DNA of 63,996 nucleotides, filler included, from Lenisia limosa (Eukaryota > Protista > Breviatea): assembly GCA_001655205.1 (NCBI GenBank). It is 9 parts of 9 records of this genome, joined end to end, with 100 filler letters (N's around TTAATTAATTAA, not from the genome) between each part and the next. Parts side by side here need not be neighbours in the genome. Positions count along the whole stretch, not along the records: positions 31,852 to 62,778 come from LPNZ01011300.1; positions 62,879 to 63,996 come from LPNZ01006838.1; 7 more parts are not named here. One strand, written 5' to 3'. Positions 49,401 to 63,088 of the stretch are shown here, piece after piece. How positions within the stretch are numbered: the first letter of the stretch is position 1; the number at the start of each line of letters is the position of its first letter. The notes below the pieces were generated by a model. It searched no databases, was not told the DNA's origin, and saw only the letters and a list, made by a program, of their open reading frames with translations. Both the position numbers and the translations under genes were made by a program.

Positions 49401-52201
49401 CTGATCCACTTGATCCCTTCAATTCATTTCAAATAACCCCATTCCCTTATGATACACTCTGTATCGAGAGTATAATAGGATATGGTCTAATCTAAAGTAA
49501 GACAGCCCCCTCACCCTTGTCGCCTTTGAGCCAGTCGGGCAGGTCCTTACGGCCAAATGACGTGTTTAGCGAGGTATTGAGCGCCACCGCCGCCGGAGGG
49601 GACGTTTCTGTCACAATAAAAACACCTCAATGTGCAAATGATAAAGTCAAAAAGAATAATGTAACAGAATTAGCTCAGATCATGGTTTTATCTTGAGCAA
49701 CACTTGCGGAAGATTCTAGCATGTCAGGCGTGATCTCACCTGAAGTGTCCACAGGCGGTTCCTGTAAAGTTAGTCGGGTATTCATGGACCATAGTATGAT
49801 AGTAACATTATACAACAACCAAGGAGGATACAAACCCCCACCACGACTTCCGGCCGCCTCCTTCCCGCGGTCCGGACCCGTGTGGATGGGGGGCGGAAGA
49901 TGCCAGCCACGCCATCACCACCGCCACCGGCATGTTTGAAGTTGCCGTGTGAGAGGTCAAGATCGGTCTGGTCACGAGCGCGCTGGTCACGCTCTGCCTC
50001 AACCTGGGGGAGGGTGAAAATACCGACAGGATGTGAGTAAAACAAGACATTCAGTAACATTCTACCCTCAGTAACATAACACCAGTCACAGGATTGAACA
50101 CCAAGCAAACTTTGTATTTGATAGAAGAACTGCTCTCAGTGTTGTTCGTACTTCTGTGCATCCGACGCCCGCCACCGCGTGTAGTGGGTCTAATGGCGTG
50201 ATGGGTGAGGGAGTATGAGGGAGTAAAGTTTAATAAAAACAAAAACAACATATATAATGAATATAACAAAGTCAGACCTATAAGGAGTGGTGTCGACAGC
50301 CCGGGCAGGAGGGGGTTGAAACTAGGGAGTGAAGAGGAAACTTTGGCGGTCACGTGAAGGTTTGGTATAAGATGGATATTTGCAATAAAGACCCCCATTT
50401 TTGTACTCTGACATAAGGTCCATCCAGAGTGTAGCTGGCATGGCAATCATAATTGACTAATTATTTAATATTTACCTGGGGAGGTGCACCAGAGGCGCCT
50501 TTTCCAACATCGTGTGGATGTGACAGCTCAACAGTTTCCTGAGGCAGAATCAAAACAGGAATATGTATTTGACAAATAAGTTACTATTGTTACACTGAGG
50601 TCCCAAAATACTGAATTTCTTGATAAATCCTTGATATCATATCAATATTTCAGACCTTTATTGGAAGGGTGTTAAGCTTTACCTTGTATTAAATACCCTC
50701 AATAAGTAAATTAAAAAAGAAGATATTAAAAGTCAACGAAACCACAATGTGCAGAACAGACCTCCTTAAGCCTCCGCCGGCCGAAATAGCCCTCTTCTTT
50801 TGGCTCATGCTGGGAGGTCACAGCAGGCTTGAGATGGAATAGAATAATATATGTATGATACATGATAAAGTATATCATAATGTAAAAACAAATAAGGTAT
50901 CCCTATTTTGGATCAAAAAGCCAAAACCCCAGGATCAACACTCTAATGATCTGGACAACCCCCCACCACTGGAGTGGGGTCCTTGGCATCTTTTGCGCGT
51001 TGAGCGACCAAAGTAGCGCCACGAGGCAGTCGGTCCAACGCCTGCGCCTCTGCTTCCAACTACATGGTAAGGCGGGNNNNNNNNNNNNNNNNNNNNNNNN
51101 NNNNNNNNNNNNNNNNNNNNNNNNNNNNNNNNNNNNNNNNNGTACCAACGTGCCATCTCAATATCCAAAAATAACAGAAGGGATTTTCGACCTGACCCCT
51201 TTCCCAATCCAAATAACAATTCTCCTAAAACACCATGGGATCAATATCAATCCCCTCACCTTTGCCTCATAAGCGTCGTTCTCCTTTCGCCTGTCCAATT
51301 TGTGCTGGCGGGCCTCTTCGGCTTGGCGAATCAGCTCTGAACGAATCAGTTACTGCGGCTTCCGTCATACCACCGTTGTAGAGACATTACTCATGACATG
51401 GTGGAATGATAACGATCAAAAGGTTTAAAGGATTTTACATTTCTCTGCTTTGATCACTGCATAATTAGATGAAACTCCTCTCATGAAAAAAGTCCCCCCA
51501 TTCAGCCCTTATCAAAACCACCTTCAGCATATTCGCGCTGCTTCTGCCTTCTGTCGCGGTTCAGCTTCTCGCTATCCTGGCCCCATAGGGGGGTCTTAAG
51601 AGTAAATGGTATTGAGGCGGGCTGGAAGCACAAGATAAAAACAGGTTTCTGCGTGATATCAAGGTGCCACTTTTTTATCCCAACATACAGGAGAGGCGGG
51701 TCTATTTACGGCATTTTGAGTTGGCTGTGTACTTTGGAGGCCAAAGGGAGACGTGTTCTAAGCGATGTGAAAGACGAGGAAATATTCTAAGCGATGTGAA
51801 ACAAGAGAGACGAGGAAATATTCTAGTACATTCAACTCACTTTTCTCAGCCACGCATTATGTCTGCAAGGCTGCATAAAGTTTAATAATCCATATTGTGT
51901 TAGCATAATGGTGCCTGATTAATTGCTACCGTTGATAAACAATATTTTTCCTTTTTATTTCAGAAAAACAATAAAAACAAAAAAGAAGGATAGAAATATG
52001 AACAGCTTAAATAGGAAAGGGAAGAAGCAAAACCAAAAAGCAACTGCTGAGAGCAGTTATCGAGAGACACCACATACTATGGGGCTATGGTGCTGGTTAT
52101 TTTGGTTCTGTAAATCCTGCTCTTGTCGGAGCTAAGAGGGTGAGAAAGGCCGTCTAAGGAGGGCGAACCTCTTTCCTTCGCTGTTCGCGGTTCCAACTCA
52201 T
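43483..52201 (-). CDS. Large multi-exon coiled-coil protein with acidic/Pro-rich C-terminus
   Basis: More than 20 GT-AG exons of heptad-like sequence (MERIVQLEKRQRVAE..., RLEVDLVKTHKEYGELSRRL..., VASLKTNFERELSDVK...); candidate ATG exon MSWNREQRRKE at 52201; no family recognised. Confidence 0.6.
47186..47256. repeat. ~26-bp tandem repeat, ~2.7 copies
   Basis: actaagggcctccccaccttgcagac units. Confidence 0.85.
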
Positions 52202-52384
52202 CTTTTCGTTCGTTACTTCATGCCAATGTCTATAAATATAATATATATTATATTTTAATTACTAATCTTATCTGAATCTTATCAATCTTTATCTTGAAAT
52301 TGGCTGTCACGGATTGGATTTGTTTGGTAATATTTCCCATCCTGTTGACATTCTTGTTGTCTCCTTCACACTGATCACTTTGAT

Positions 52385-54170
52385 TTTGGTACTAATTGGC
52401 ATTGGCCTGGTTCACCCATTCACTCGCAGCGCCAATGGTAATTGTATCCCAATGATGAGCAGATCCATTCAACAACAAACAATGTACACCTACTAAATAT
52501 GACTAAACTAATTGTTTAGATCCCCATCTTCTTCTTCATGCCCTTGAAGGCTCCAGTCACGGCATTCTATACGGTCAAGAAATCAGACAATAGAAACCTA
52601 GAATCAAACAGAAAAATTCTCAGATATACAGAATATGTAACTGGTGTATTAATGCACTATTATATCATATTAGCTAAGCAAAAGGAATTGCGTGGAGGGG
52701 GGGGGGGTCATGTTAGNNNNNNNNNNNNNNNNNNNNNNNNNNNNNNNNNNNNNNNNNNNNNNNNNNNNNNNNNNNNNNNNNNNNNNNNNNNNNNNNNNNN
52801 NNNNNNNNNNNNNNNNNNNNNNNNNNNNNNNCAGACTTCTTTCCTTCTTCATCATCGTCATCATCACCACCACAACAGCAGAGGTAGATAGACACAACTG
52901 CGGGGTTACGGTGGACAACATGTAATAATTCCCATTTGTCAACCCCATTAAGTCTATGGTGTATCATATCATTAAGTCTATGGTGTATCATATCAGGGGT
53001 AGTAAGATATCAAGCAGCAACCCACTGAGGATGACGACGAAGACCAGGACAACAACAAAGAAACCAGTGCTGGGGCCCCAGGTGTACTTGATCACGCCCT
53101 CAGTCTTGGAACCCATGAGGGTTTCGTAATAGTTCACCTCTATAGTGGGAGGTTAGGAAGGGTCCAAAACAATAGAAGAGTATAGAATAAATAATTACCT
53201 TTTTACTATTTGCATTTGGTCAAAACTTAACAAAAAAAAAGGGGGGGGGGGNNNNNNNNNNNNNNNNNNNNNNNNNNNNNNNNNNNNNNNNNNNNNNNNN
53301 NNNNNNNNNNNNNNNNNNNNNNNNNNNNNNNNNNNNNNNNNNNNNNNNNNNNNNNNNNNNNNNNNNNNNNNNNNNNNNNNNNNNNNNNNNCTAAGGGATC
53401 AAGCAAAACCAGCTAACTGGCTGACTCCTCGGGAACAGGCTTTCCATCATTCTGAGCCTTGACTACGGCATGATCCCACAGGGCAGCAGGATGCTGAGTG
53501 GCAAAATATCCGATAGCGCAGAGAAGAGCAATCATGTAGAAGCAGGTAAGGCATCCAGCGGCCTTCTGTGAGGTGTAAGGGCGGATTCTGGAGATGAAGA
53601 AGTGCCTACTCTGGGCTCGGGAATCCAGGGGAGGGCTTCAGCGATGTAGTTGGTAACAGGATGATCGAGAACAGCCATAAGCGATCCAAGACAGGCACAA
53701 ATAGCAACTAACATACAAACAATCACCTAAGCAGTCACGAAAAATTATCCAAGAAAAGAAGGAAAGAGAATAAAGGAAACCAAAACATACAACAGCAATC
53801 ATGGCGAGATAAAGAGTCTTCAATTTTCCTTCCATTCCAATATCAGTGTCATCGGTGCCTCCCTTGGTGTTGATGTTTCCGCGAAGGGTGAAAGTGGTCT
53901 CAAGCTTGGCAGTACCAACCTCAGTGGTGATAAGATACCAGTTAACTAAAGAACAGTGAGAAAAAAAAATTCGGGGAAATAATTCTCTTACGGAAAATCG
54001 AAGCGAGAAGAATGAAGAATGACAAACACACGCAGCAAGCAGGAATGAGCTTGCAAGGGCCACCAGGAACTGCAAAAGGTCAATACCGAACTCAAAAAAA
54101 CAAAAAATATCTTACCTACATCCTTGTTGAAAGGGTTGAAGAAAATCATATTTAACAACAAACTAAAGGA
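52385..54170 (-). CDS. Claudin/PMP22-like tetraspan membrane protein
   Basis: Exons NWYLITTEV...LYLAMIAVIVCMLVAICACLGSLMAVL / AGCLTCFYMIALLCAIGYF / KYTWGPSTGFFVVVLVFVVILSGLLL; helix spacing and the WGPxxGF before the last helix fit a claudin-like fold; first helix not resolved. Confidence 0.5.
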
Positions 54171-55494
54171 TTTTGAAGCTAAAAAGGAGGAAACTCCTTT
54201 TTTTCCTTTTTTTATCCGACCCCCGCCCCCGGTCCGGACGGACAAATAATCTGGCCGAGCACCGTAACATAGCCGTCACATGTATCATATAAACACCTTA
54301 TTAATTAACTCCCAGACACCAAAGACACATCTGAGACACCTTTCCCAATCAATACCAGATCAACAGCTTCCTCTTCCTGCACTTCAAGAGCTTTGATACC
54401 ACCTACTGACGCACATTGACTCGTCCGGCTTTTCCCCCGCTTATTATGACTCTTTGATATTCATGTTGTATTGATAGCAAGCAGATTGATAGTGTACTGA
54501 TAATTAAAATAACCAATAACCTGCAATCATGGGAGAAAGTAGTAATACATAACAACGTTTCAAAAATTAAATAGGAAGAAAAGTCAGGCAATCATTGCTG
54601 TTATTACAGCTCTTCGTCTTGGTTCAGTTCAGTGGTGTATTCCTGCAATATCAGCAATAGGACTACAAACAGGAGGGTTAGAAAAATACCGACCAGAATC
54701 ACTCAATGATAAAGAACAGGTCAGAAGACCTCCCAGCTTACAGCAAACCCAGACGGGGTGGGGGCTTCAAATCCAACTAAGAGGGTAATCAATTTACGAA
54801 AAAAGAAGGGCAAATGGCAACTGTTGATATTGATTCTGAGGATTATCCATGACGTAGTGACAATCAATGCACTTTATGAAAGAAGGCGAATTGGACAAAA
54901 AGAAGAAGCAAAAGAGAATATTGGCCCAACGAACACGAAGCAGTGGGAGAGGGCATCGCCGGCATGGAGTCAATGGAGCTGTTGTGGGACGACATTTCTG
55001 ACTTCTAAAACTGGTGAAAGTAGTTCTATGTTTAATAATTAGAGAGAATTGAAGCGAATTTTGACCCAGTGTAATAAAAAGAGTAGCGAAAGGAACAAAT
55101 ATCGAGAATATCAGAGCTATTTGGTTTTTAATATTTATTTTGTTCATCATTAATATTAATACTGTATTAATATGTATTAATATTCATATTAATATAATAT
55201 ACTAGTTTGTTTTTAATATAATAGTTTTTTGTTCGTTGATTATATTGTTCTTCCGTTTTCTTTTTTTTTCTGTTTGTACTGTATCTTCAGTTTTTTTTTA
55301 ATATTACTCCTTTTATTACGTATTAATATGTATCAATATTTTAATTAATTTTAACTAATATTATATTAATATGCTTTTGTTGCTTTAAGAAATATTATAT
55401 TAATATTTTGATATTAATATGCATATGATATGTATTAATAATATTAATTTCCCGGAGCTCTAGTTTTTAACCTTGGAATTATAGTTAATATCAT

Positions 55495-58400
55495 CTGAAA
55501 TCTTCAACCTTGCCAACCATTTCGGATACTGAAGGCTGTCCGGCCGCGGCATCAACATCTTCTATCATCATCTCGTCAGCCTACAGGGAGTGATGGCGGA
55601 ACGTTTACCTCCCATGATAACAGCAAGTATAGTTTTAGGCACAGCCAGCAAACCTTATTATCAGAAGGCTCGAAAGCTGGGTCGGAAGCCAGGTCGGAAG
55701 GAGCGTCAGGGTCCGGTAGTAATGGCATGGATGACGTGGCAACTGGTACGGGGGGTTCGATACTTTCAACCTGCGAGGTGAATATATTGTGGTGTTACTA
55801 TGGAGGAAAACTATTTCAATTATTAGCCTTGATTTGAAGGTATGAAAATAAGAAAGAGGCAAATCAATCTGTGAGAGAGTTCATTGGGGGGGGGGGGGNN
55901 NNNNNNNNNNNNNNNNNNNNNNNNNNNNNNNNNNNNNNNNNNNNNNNNNNNNNNNNNNNNNNNNNNNNNNNNNNNNNNNNNNNNNNNNNNNNNNNNNNNN
56001 NNNTATACCGGACGCACATTATCAGATTGCGGCGCCGGCATAGGGAGGTCCGGGACCGAGGGAGCTGCCATCATGGGGGGCTCATCATCACTCTCAGCCA
56101 TGCCCTGGAGGATGAAAAGTCAAAAGGCAATATAAAATATATAATATAACTGTATTACATCTTACGACAAAATATTACATATTACATCTTACGATACGAA
56201 GTAGCATACAACATACATGCTTATGTATCTGGTTGAACAAATAATGCATTGTATTTGTTTCTTTCAATAACTCCTCAATCAATTGATGATAGTATAAACC
56301 ACCTTCACCATATGCTCATTCTCAGCCTCCTCCTCATCCTGAACTGCCTGGAGAACTTCAGGGTCGGCCTCATACGCCGGCGGCAGATCGGAAGCCTCAT
56401 CGGAAGCCTTGTCGGAATCTTTGCTAGGGATGACGCTAGCAACTTCAATGGGCTCCTTTGACACGTCATCGGAACTTGCGGCAGCCTCGGGTTGGCTGTC
56501 AAATTCAACAGGAGTATCTTCCTTCTCTTCTTCAACCTTTTCCTCTTCCATCTCTTCTTCAACCTTCTCTTCTTCCTCCTCTTCCTTTTCTTCTTCAACC
56601 TTCTCTTCTTCCTCCTCTTCCTTTTCTTCTTCAATCTTCTCTTCTTCCTCCTCTTCCTTTTCTTCTTCAATCTTCTCTTCTTCCTCTTCCTCTTCTTTTT
56701 CTTCTTCCTTTTCTTCAACCTTTTCCTCTTCTTTCTCTTCTTCCTTCTCTTCTTCAACCTTCTCTTCTTCAACCTTCTCTTCAACCTTCTCTTCTTCAAT
56801 CTTCTCCTCAATCTTCTCTTCATTTTCCTCGTCAACTACAACTTCTTCCTCCTTCTCTTCTTCTTGTTCCTCTTCCTCCTTTTGCTCTTCCTCTTCCTCT
56901 TCCTTCTTGTCCTCTTCCTTCTCACCCTGTGCCATCACAACCGGGGTAACAATAGCCACGTCAGCAGCATCGGAAGCCAGGTCATCGTTGTCGGAAGCGG
57001 ATAACTCGCCCTCAATATCGGACTTGATCTCCTCCTGATCTTGATCTGCAGCCTCGGCCAAGGGTTGACTAGGGGACGCGGGTCGAGGGCGTACCTGCGT
57101 GGGGGGTGGGTGGGTGACTGGGATTTCGAAAATAACACAATTATGTGATGTATGATATATTCAACAGAAGGGATTGCAGATTGGCAGTAGCGTACTGGGG
57201 GTGCGAATTTGTGAGAGCCGGTACGGGATCGGCTCTCCTAAAATCGTAAACATGGAAACACTAGGATAAAACAGAAAATCCAACAAAAATAACCTGGTAC
57301 AAGCGAAAATCAAGCAAAAATCACCTTGGTCTAATCATGAGCATTATGTTATAATTATTATGTCCAAACCTGTGTGGGGCTAGAGGATGATTGGGCAGTT
57401 GAGTCCGCGGAGGCAACTGGGGAAGCCTAATGTGTTGGTAATGTAAGTAATGTGAGTGAACCAAAAAGACCCCAACAGCCACCGCCACAGCCTGAGGAAC
57501 CAAAAAGACCCCCCAACAGCTACGGCCACAGCCTGAGGAGGCGGTGATGCAGATGGGCTCGGGATGCCCATCATTTGTGCCATCAGGTCGTCGTCATTGT
57601 CACCGGCTTCGTTGATGTCAGCGTCACTCAAGGAATCCCCCTCGATAAGACCCTTAATTGGTAAGTGGGAGGTGCAACTTGTCTAATAAGGAAGGCTATG
57701 AAATACCCCCCCAACAGTCATCCATTGCGGAGTACTGTTCATTCTGCTGAGTCTGGGGGGTGCACCACCAGTGGAGGGTCGTCTCCGTGGAGCCACCGGG
57801 GTATCCCCAACCATACAGGCCTCGGCCACTGGCTGCGGCTGCGGAGTGAGCATGAGGCAGTTCAATTCAGTTCAGTTCAGCAAAAAAGATAATGTGTAAG
57901 GAAAAAAAAAACACTAAAAAAAAAGTAGCTGTCTCAGCCCTCATATGCATGGTTCACACCTGGTGATGCTCCGCTGGCTTTGGAGGGGTGGTGGGAGCAG
58001 CGGGGCTGTCAATGAGGTTGTTCATCCAAGTCGGAGTGCTCTCGAACGGTGCAGCCACAATGCCGCCCTGACCGGGTTATTTAATGCTAATGTTGAGCTT
58101 TGAATTTTGGTTGCTAGCTAAGGACTAGAGCTCTTTCCAATTTATTAATAACAATTTTAATTGGTCCTCAATGAATATTTACAAGATTAATTGGAAAAAG
58201 CTCCGTCTGGACTATTATAACGGACAGTGTGGTAGTTGCGGATAAGATGACCCCCCTACGGTGTTACCATCACTGGCCACAGGCAGGTCCATGAAGTCAT
58301 TCATCCAGGCGTCCGACTCTCCCTCCTGTGCGCTACTGACCTAAAATCGTGAACATCTCCTCAATAGCAAAAATATATGAACTATATTACCTACCTCCCA

Positions 58401-61400
58401 CCATGTTATTGCTGTTACCTCCCACCATGTTATTGCTGTTACCTCCCACAATGTTATTGATATCCAGGTTGTTGACGTCGAGGTTATTGATGTCCAAAGA
58501 GGGCTGAGGCTGCTGCATTGCACTGAGCTGCGGGGGATTGAATTCGGAAATATTGCCGCATCAAAAAACAAACACAGATGCATACCGTCAACCTCAACAA
58601 ACATCATATGCATACCGTCAACCTCAACAAACATCATATACATACCGTCAACGTCAACAAACATCATATGCATACCGTCAACCTCAACAAACATCATATG
58701 CATATCGTCAACCTAAACAAACATCATATGCATACCGTCAACCTCAACAAACATCATATGCATAACGTCAACCTCAACAAACATCATATGCATAACGTCA
58801 ACAAATGACAAACCCAAAGCCTGAATGGGAATGACGAAGAACATACCTGCAAGCTGAGGGTTTGGAAAGTGTTGGCAAGGTGGGGATTGGTGGCAACAAG
58901 AGGCTGCATCATTTGGAGCATTGTTTGAAGCTGGGAGGCGAGTGAAAAATGACAATATCAAACACACCCATATCATATTGGGAGCTAGATATCTATTCAC
59001 AAATAAGGCATTTGGTTCATACCTGCACAACATTTTGGTTCTGCTGCGGCGCTGCAGTTTGAGTCGTCATTGAAGCCAATGCCGCCATCATGGACTGTGA
59101 GGTAAGAGGCACGTAAACAAACGCTCTTTTGACAACTAACGAAAACTCAGATAACACCCCTACCTGCATCACAACCTGCGGATTCTCCTCAGCAGGTGCA
59201 GGGTTAGCAACAAGCTCGTCAAATGACATACCTAATATGGTAAGTCATGTGACCATGAACAATGATTATACAATATTAAATAATCAGTATTGACAGACAC
59301 CCTATATATCTTGCAGAAAATAAAAATTTCCCCTTCTCCTAATTTAAGTGGACAATAACCTTCCAAAGGCACATAGACTTTCTTTAAGGCAAGTGGCCTA
59401 CCTTGGAGCCCGGGATCATCAATGTCAAAGTCCATTCCCATTTCCATATCCACAATCGGAAGTGCCTACAAAGTCAAATGCACCAAAAGCAAAAAAGAAG
59501 CCCCCCTGTTGTATCCCTCCCACCACGGGGTCAAGGGGCACTGTAGCCGGCTGGGGCTCCCCTTCTTCCCAGGGTGCTGAAGTGTCAGGAATAAAGCGTT
59601 GTTTTGAACCATTATCACCGTTTTAGTCATTGACAATTATCTTTCATTTATCACCCTCCCCCCACCGAGCGGGAGGGCAGGCTCCTTGCCTGGCACAATT
59701 GGCTCGAATGCTTCTGATCCGGCGGCAGCATGGGGGTTGGTGGAGGGCTAGAGGTAAGGAGAGGATTGTTCGGTTAAAAACCCAGCCTGAAGCAGAACAA
59801 AGTTGTCCCTCACCTGTACATCCTCAGTTGGAGAAGAGCGCTCGGAAGGCGGCCGTTCTTCAGTTTCAATCGGACGTCCGTGTAGGTCAAGGTTACGCTT
59901 GCCTCCCTTGGCTGGGCGGTGAGTATCCAAAGAGCGATTTAGATTCATGCTCAAACTAAAGCCATCTCCGGCCCACATTTGATGAAGTCTTTCAAGACAT
60001 TGCCGCGGGCCAGGTCCAGGGCCAAAGCGCCGTTCTTGTCGTGCGCTGACAAAGAGGCCCCATTGTTGATCAAGATCTTCGCAGCTGCGAGGGTCATTAG
60101 ATGGCGGTTTACGGAACACAAGAAATCATATTTGCTGTTATGACTGGGAGATTTACAACCGAAAATGAGACTACCCAGGCACCTTGGGTGGCACCCATGG
60201 CACACGCGCGATGAAGAGGGGTCGATCCAAGGACGTCCTTCACATCCACATTACGCTTCTTCCTGAAGGGTTGGAGGGAGGCCCAAGAAAGAGAAGATGA
60301 CAAACGCAAGAGATACCTTAGATATTTGTCGATCGAACGGAGGTCATTACGCAGCACGTAGAAATGCAGTTCCTAAGGAGTGAGCAAGTGCAACAGTGAC
60401 TCGTCATTTATGTGTGTCATAGTAAGGAAATGATGATAAGGCTCAGGGCTTACGGGAGGTCTTTCAGTGTTCTTGGCCGGGTCGCCCTTAGGTGCCTGCA
60501 CGGGTGCAAGGTTCGAAGGTGCCTTAGTGGTGAGGAAGGTGATCACGAGATCGGTTATTTCATAAATAAAGGAAACTCAGCCACCTTGACATGACTTGCT
60601 TTGGTCTCTTCATGCTCCTCCTCCTCCTCATCATCATCGGAGGGCGGCGGCAAGGGCTTCACGGGATGATCACGGAGATCCCTCAGAGCGATCTGCGAAA
60701 TGTTAAAAGACAATCCACCCGACTTTAGTGCCATCCCCCCCCCCCCNNNNNNNNNNNNNNNNNNNNNNNNNNNNNNNNNNNNNNNNNNNNNNNNNNNNNN
60801 NNNNNNNNNNNNNNNNNNNNCCCCATGACTCAGCCTCGCCGTTGGTGGCAAACTGCACGGTTACAATGCATGAAACTTCGTACCAAAAGAGAACAGAAAG
60901 AGAGAAAACTGCGATGAGAAGTTCAGGAATAATGCGAAGTATTGAAGCAAACCTTGATATGCGTGGTGGCTACTCCCGTGCAGATGGCTAGTGAGAATGC
61001 TCCCTGATGGTGAGGCCAGAAACAGAACAGGAGAGGGAATATGAACCCGACAACCACCCACCTTGATGTCGACGAAGCTGTGGGTCATGCCGTCAACAAA
61101 CGCAAGGTGCTCCAGGATTTCATCCGAGGACTGAAACGTAAACGATGTGCTGTGGGCAAAGACCCAAGAGAGAAATGAAATGTCCTCAATAAAAGCCCCA
61201 TCCGCCACCTTATCTCTGAAGGTAATGATACCGTCACTGTTCATTACTGCAAACTGAGGGGTGAGAGAAGTAACAAAAAAGAGCCCTTCATTTGCATTCA
61301 GCTTACTCGAGGCTTAAACTTCTTCTTCTTAAACTCGTATTCAACCTCAGCTCTCTTGACAACTGGAAAGTTAGTATCTACTACGAGAGGTTCAAAAACG

Positions 61401-62700
61401 GTCTCCTCTGTCACAATCATAACCCACCCATTCCCTTCCTCATGGAGAGCATTGTGGCCGCGTCACCAGCAGGGACAAGGTTGAGTGCAGGCTGCGGGGG
61501 GGGGGGNNNNNNNNNNNNNNNNNNNNNNNNNNNNNNNNNNNNNNNNNNNNNNNNNNNNNTGAACAAAGCTTGCCGCCAACCTGTCTGTCGGAATTAGGCA
61601 TACTGCTGTCAGCGCCACTTTGAACCAGAAGGCGAACAGCCTGAGACATAAGGGCGTGGAGAGATGAAACAACGGAGCCCCCCCCCCCCAATATCAACAA
61701 AATAGCTTCATGAACTTATGAACCCCGCAAACCGCACTTTGGCCCCAGAACGCGGCACTGTGAAGAGCGGAATTGCCGATTTTCTGATTAGAGTCGTCGA
61801 CATCGCTTCCGTAGTAGATAAGCCGGGTACAAACCTCCTAATATGGTAAGTTCCCTCATAATTATTATTGAGGTAACCGAAAGTCGGGAAACCTATGGCT
61901 ATAGGAATTCCAATATGAAAACTCATTCAACAATCCTTCTAAAATGTCCCCAAATCCTCACGGTGTGGCCCTCGGCGGCGGCATTCATTAAGGCGCTGCG
62001 GTCGTCGAAGTCATGCGCGTTGACGTCGCACGCCTCGCGCTCGAGCAGCCAGTCCACACCCTCGTCATAGCCTCGGGTGACCTCGTCAAACATCCGGCGG
62101 CGCATGCGGCTGCGTGTAAGTAATGCTACAATGTGGTGGTGCAAACAAGAGCCACATCAACATGCTTAAGCCTACCTTGGGGGAATTTTGAATTTCGGCG
62201 ACTTCTTCCTGTCAATGATTTCTTCGAAGATAGTTTTCATGCTAGTGGGTCAATAACATCAAAGTGTCAAAGGAATGCAGAGCTAACATCAGACCCCCCC
62301 ACTCATCCGAGCTAACATCAGACCCCCCCACTCATCCGAGGCAATGTCAATAACCCTGGAGTTCTTTGTCTTGGGTCCGGCTCGTTTATCGGCTCCGTAG
62401 CTCAGCAGGCAGCGGATACTCTGAGTGTCCTCCATTCTGATTGTTAACTTCCGCCAATACTAACAACAGAAACAACTGGCAAAAGTAGCTTTACATTCAC
62501 CCCACCTGGTGGCATGATGCAGTGCGGTCTGTCCCATAAAGTTGGCCTGGTTCGGCTTGGACTTGAGCATGCACAGATACTCTACGGTCGCAGGGTGGCC
62601 CCAAATGACGGCTCTCATGAGGGGGGTGTCGCCAAGGGGGTCAGTGAAGGAAGCCTCAGCTCCAGCATCCCGCACCAACCGTCGGAACTGCGAAGTCAAA
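55495..62700 (-). CDS. Large ankyrin-PH-ankyrin protein with long acidic disordered tail, 5'-truncated
   Basis: Ankyrin exons (GDTPLMRAV, GQTALHHAT, RSALMNAA, GNSALHSAA), PH domain (VVKRAEVEYEFKKKKFKPRFAVM...IKFATNGEAESW, ~60820-61350), second ankyrin block (GSTPLHRAC, NGASLSAHDKNG), Glu-rich exon ~56310-57093, last exon ending VEDFR*. Confidence 0.75.
58578..58803. repeat. 30-bp minisatellite (catatgcataccgtcaacctcaacaaacat), ~7.5 copies
   Basis: Near-identical head-to-tail units; adjacent 24-bp x3 repeat at ~58390-58455. Confidence 0.92.
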
Positions 62701-62778
62701 TCGTGACAGTGTGCATATTATGTATGACAATGAAAAACCCATTCTAGCGAAGGGAAAGAGCAGAAAAGCCTAGGCGGA

Positions 62779-62878
62779 NNNNNNNNNNNNNNNNNNNNNN
62801 NNNNNNNNNNNNNNNNNNNNNNTTAATTAATTAANNNNNNNNNNNNNNNNNNNNNNNNNNNNNNNNNNNNNNNNNNNN
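62779..62878. other. Artificial contig-joining spacer
   Basis: N-flanked ttaattaattaa at 62823-62834. Confidence 0.97.
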
Positions 62879-63088
62879 CTTGCCAAATCCGGTCTGGTGG
62901 AGTAAGATATAAATTTGGAATGATCCTAATTCAACTGCTATATTTCCAGTGTATAATATACATATATATACATACATGTATATATATCATATATAATATA
63001 TACTGTACATACGATATATATACTATATACATGTATTATATATAATATATGTATTTGTCATAACTTGTTTTGAAACTAACATTTTCAG

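Noticed and set aside
56305-57038. Overlapping Ser/Phe/Leu-rich and Arg/Lys-rich ORFs
   Set aside because: Alternative-frame and antisense shadows of the Glu-rich exon.
58578-58803. CRISPR-like array
   Set aside because: Units are contiguous with no unique spacers, there are no cas genes, and the context is a eukaryotic intron.
60861-61244. 127-aa ORF as a single exon; likewise 17738-18049
   Set aside because: Reads through several short GT-AG introns; the spliced reading gives a coherent PH domain (or a better exon chain).
62940-63060. TA/CA-rich low-complexity tracts (also 13170-13210, 40680-40770, 42220-42390)
   Set aside because: Simple degenerate microsatellite-like intron filler with no conserved unit or structure.
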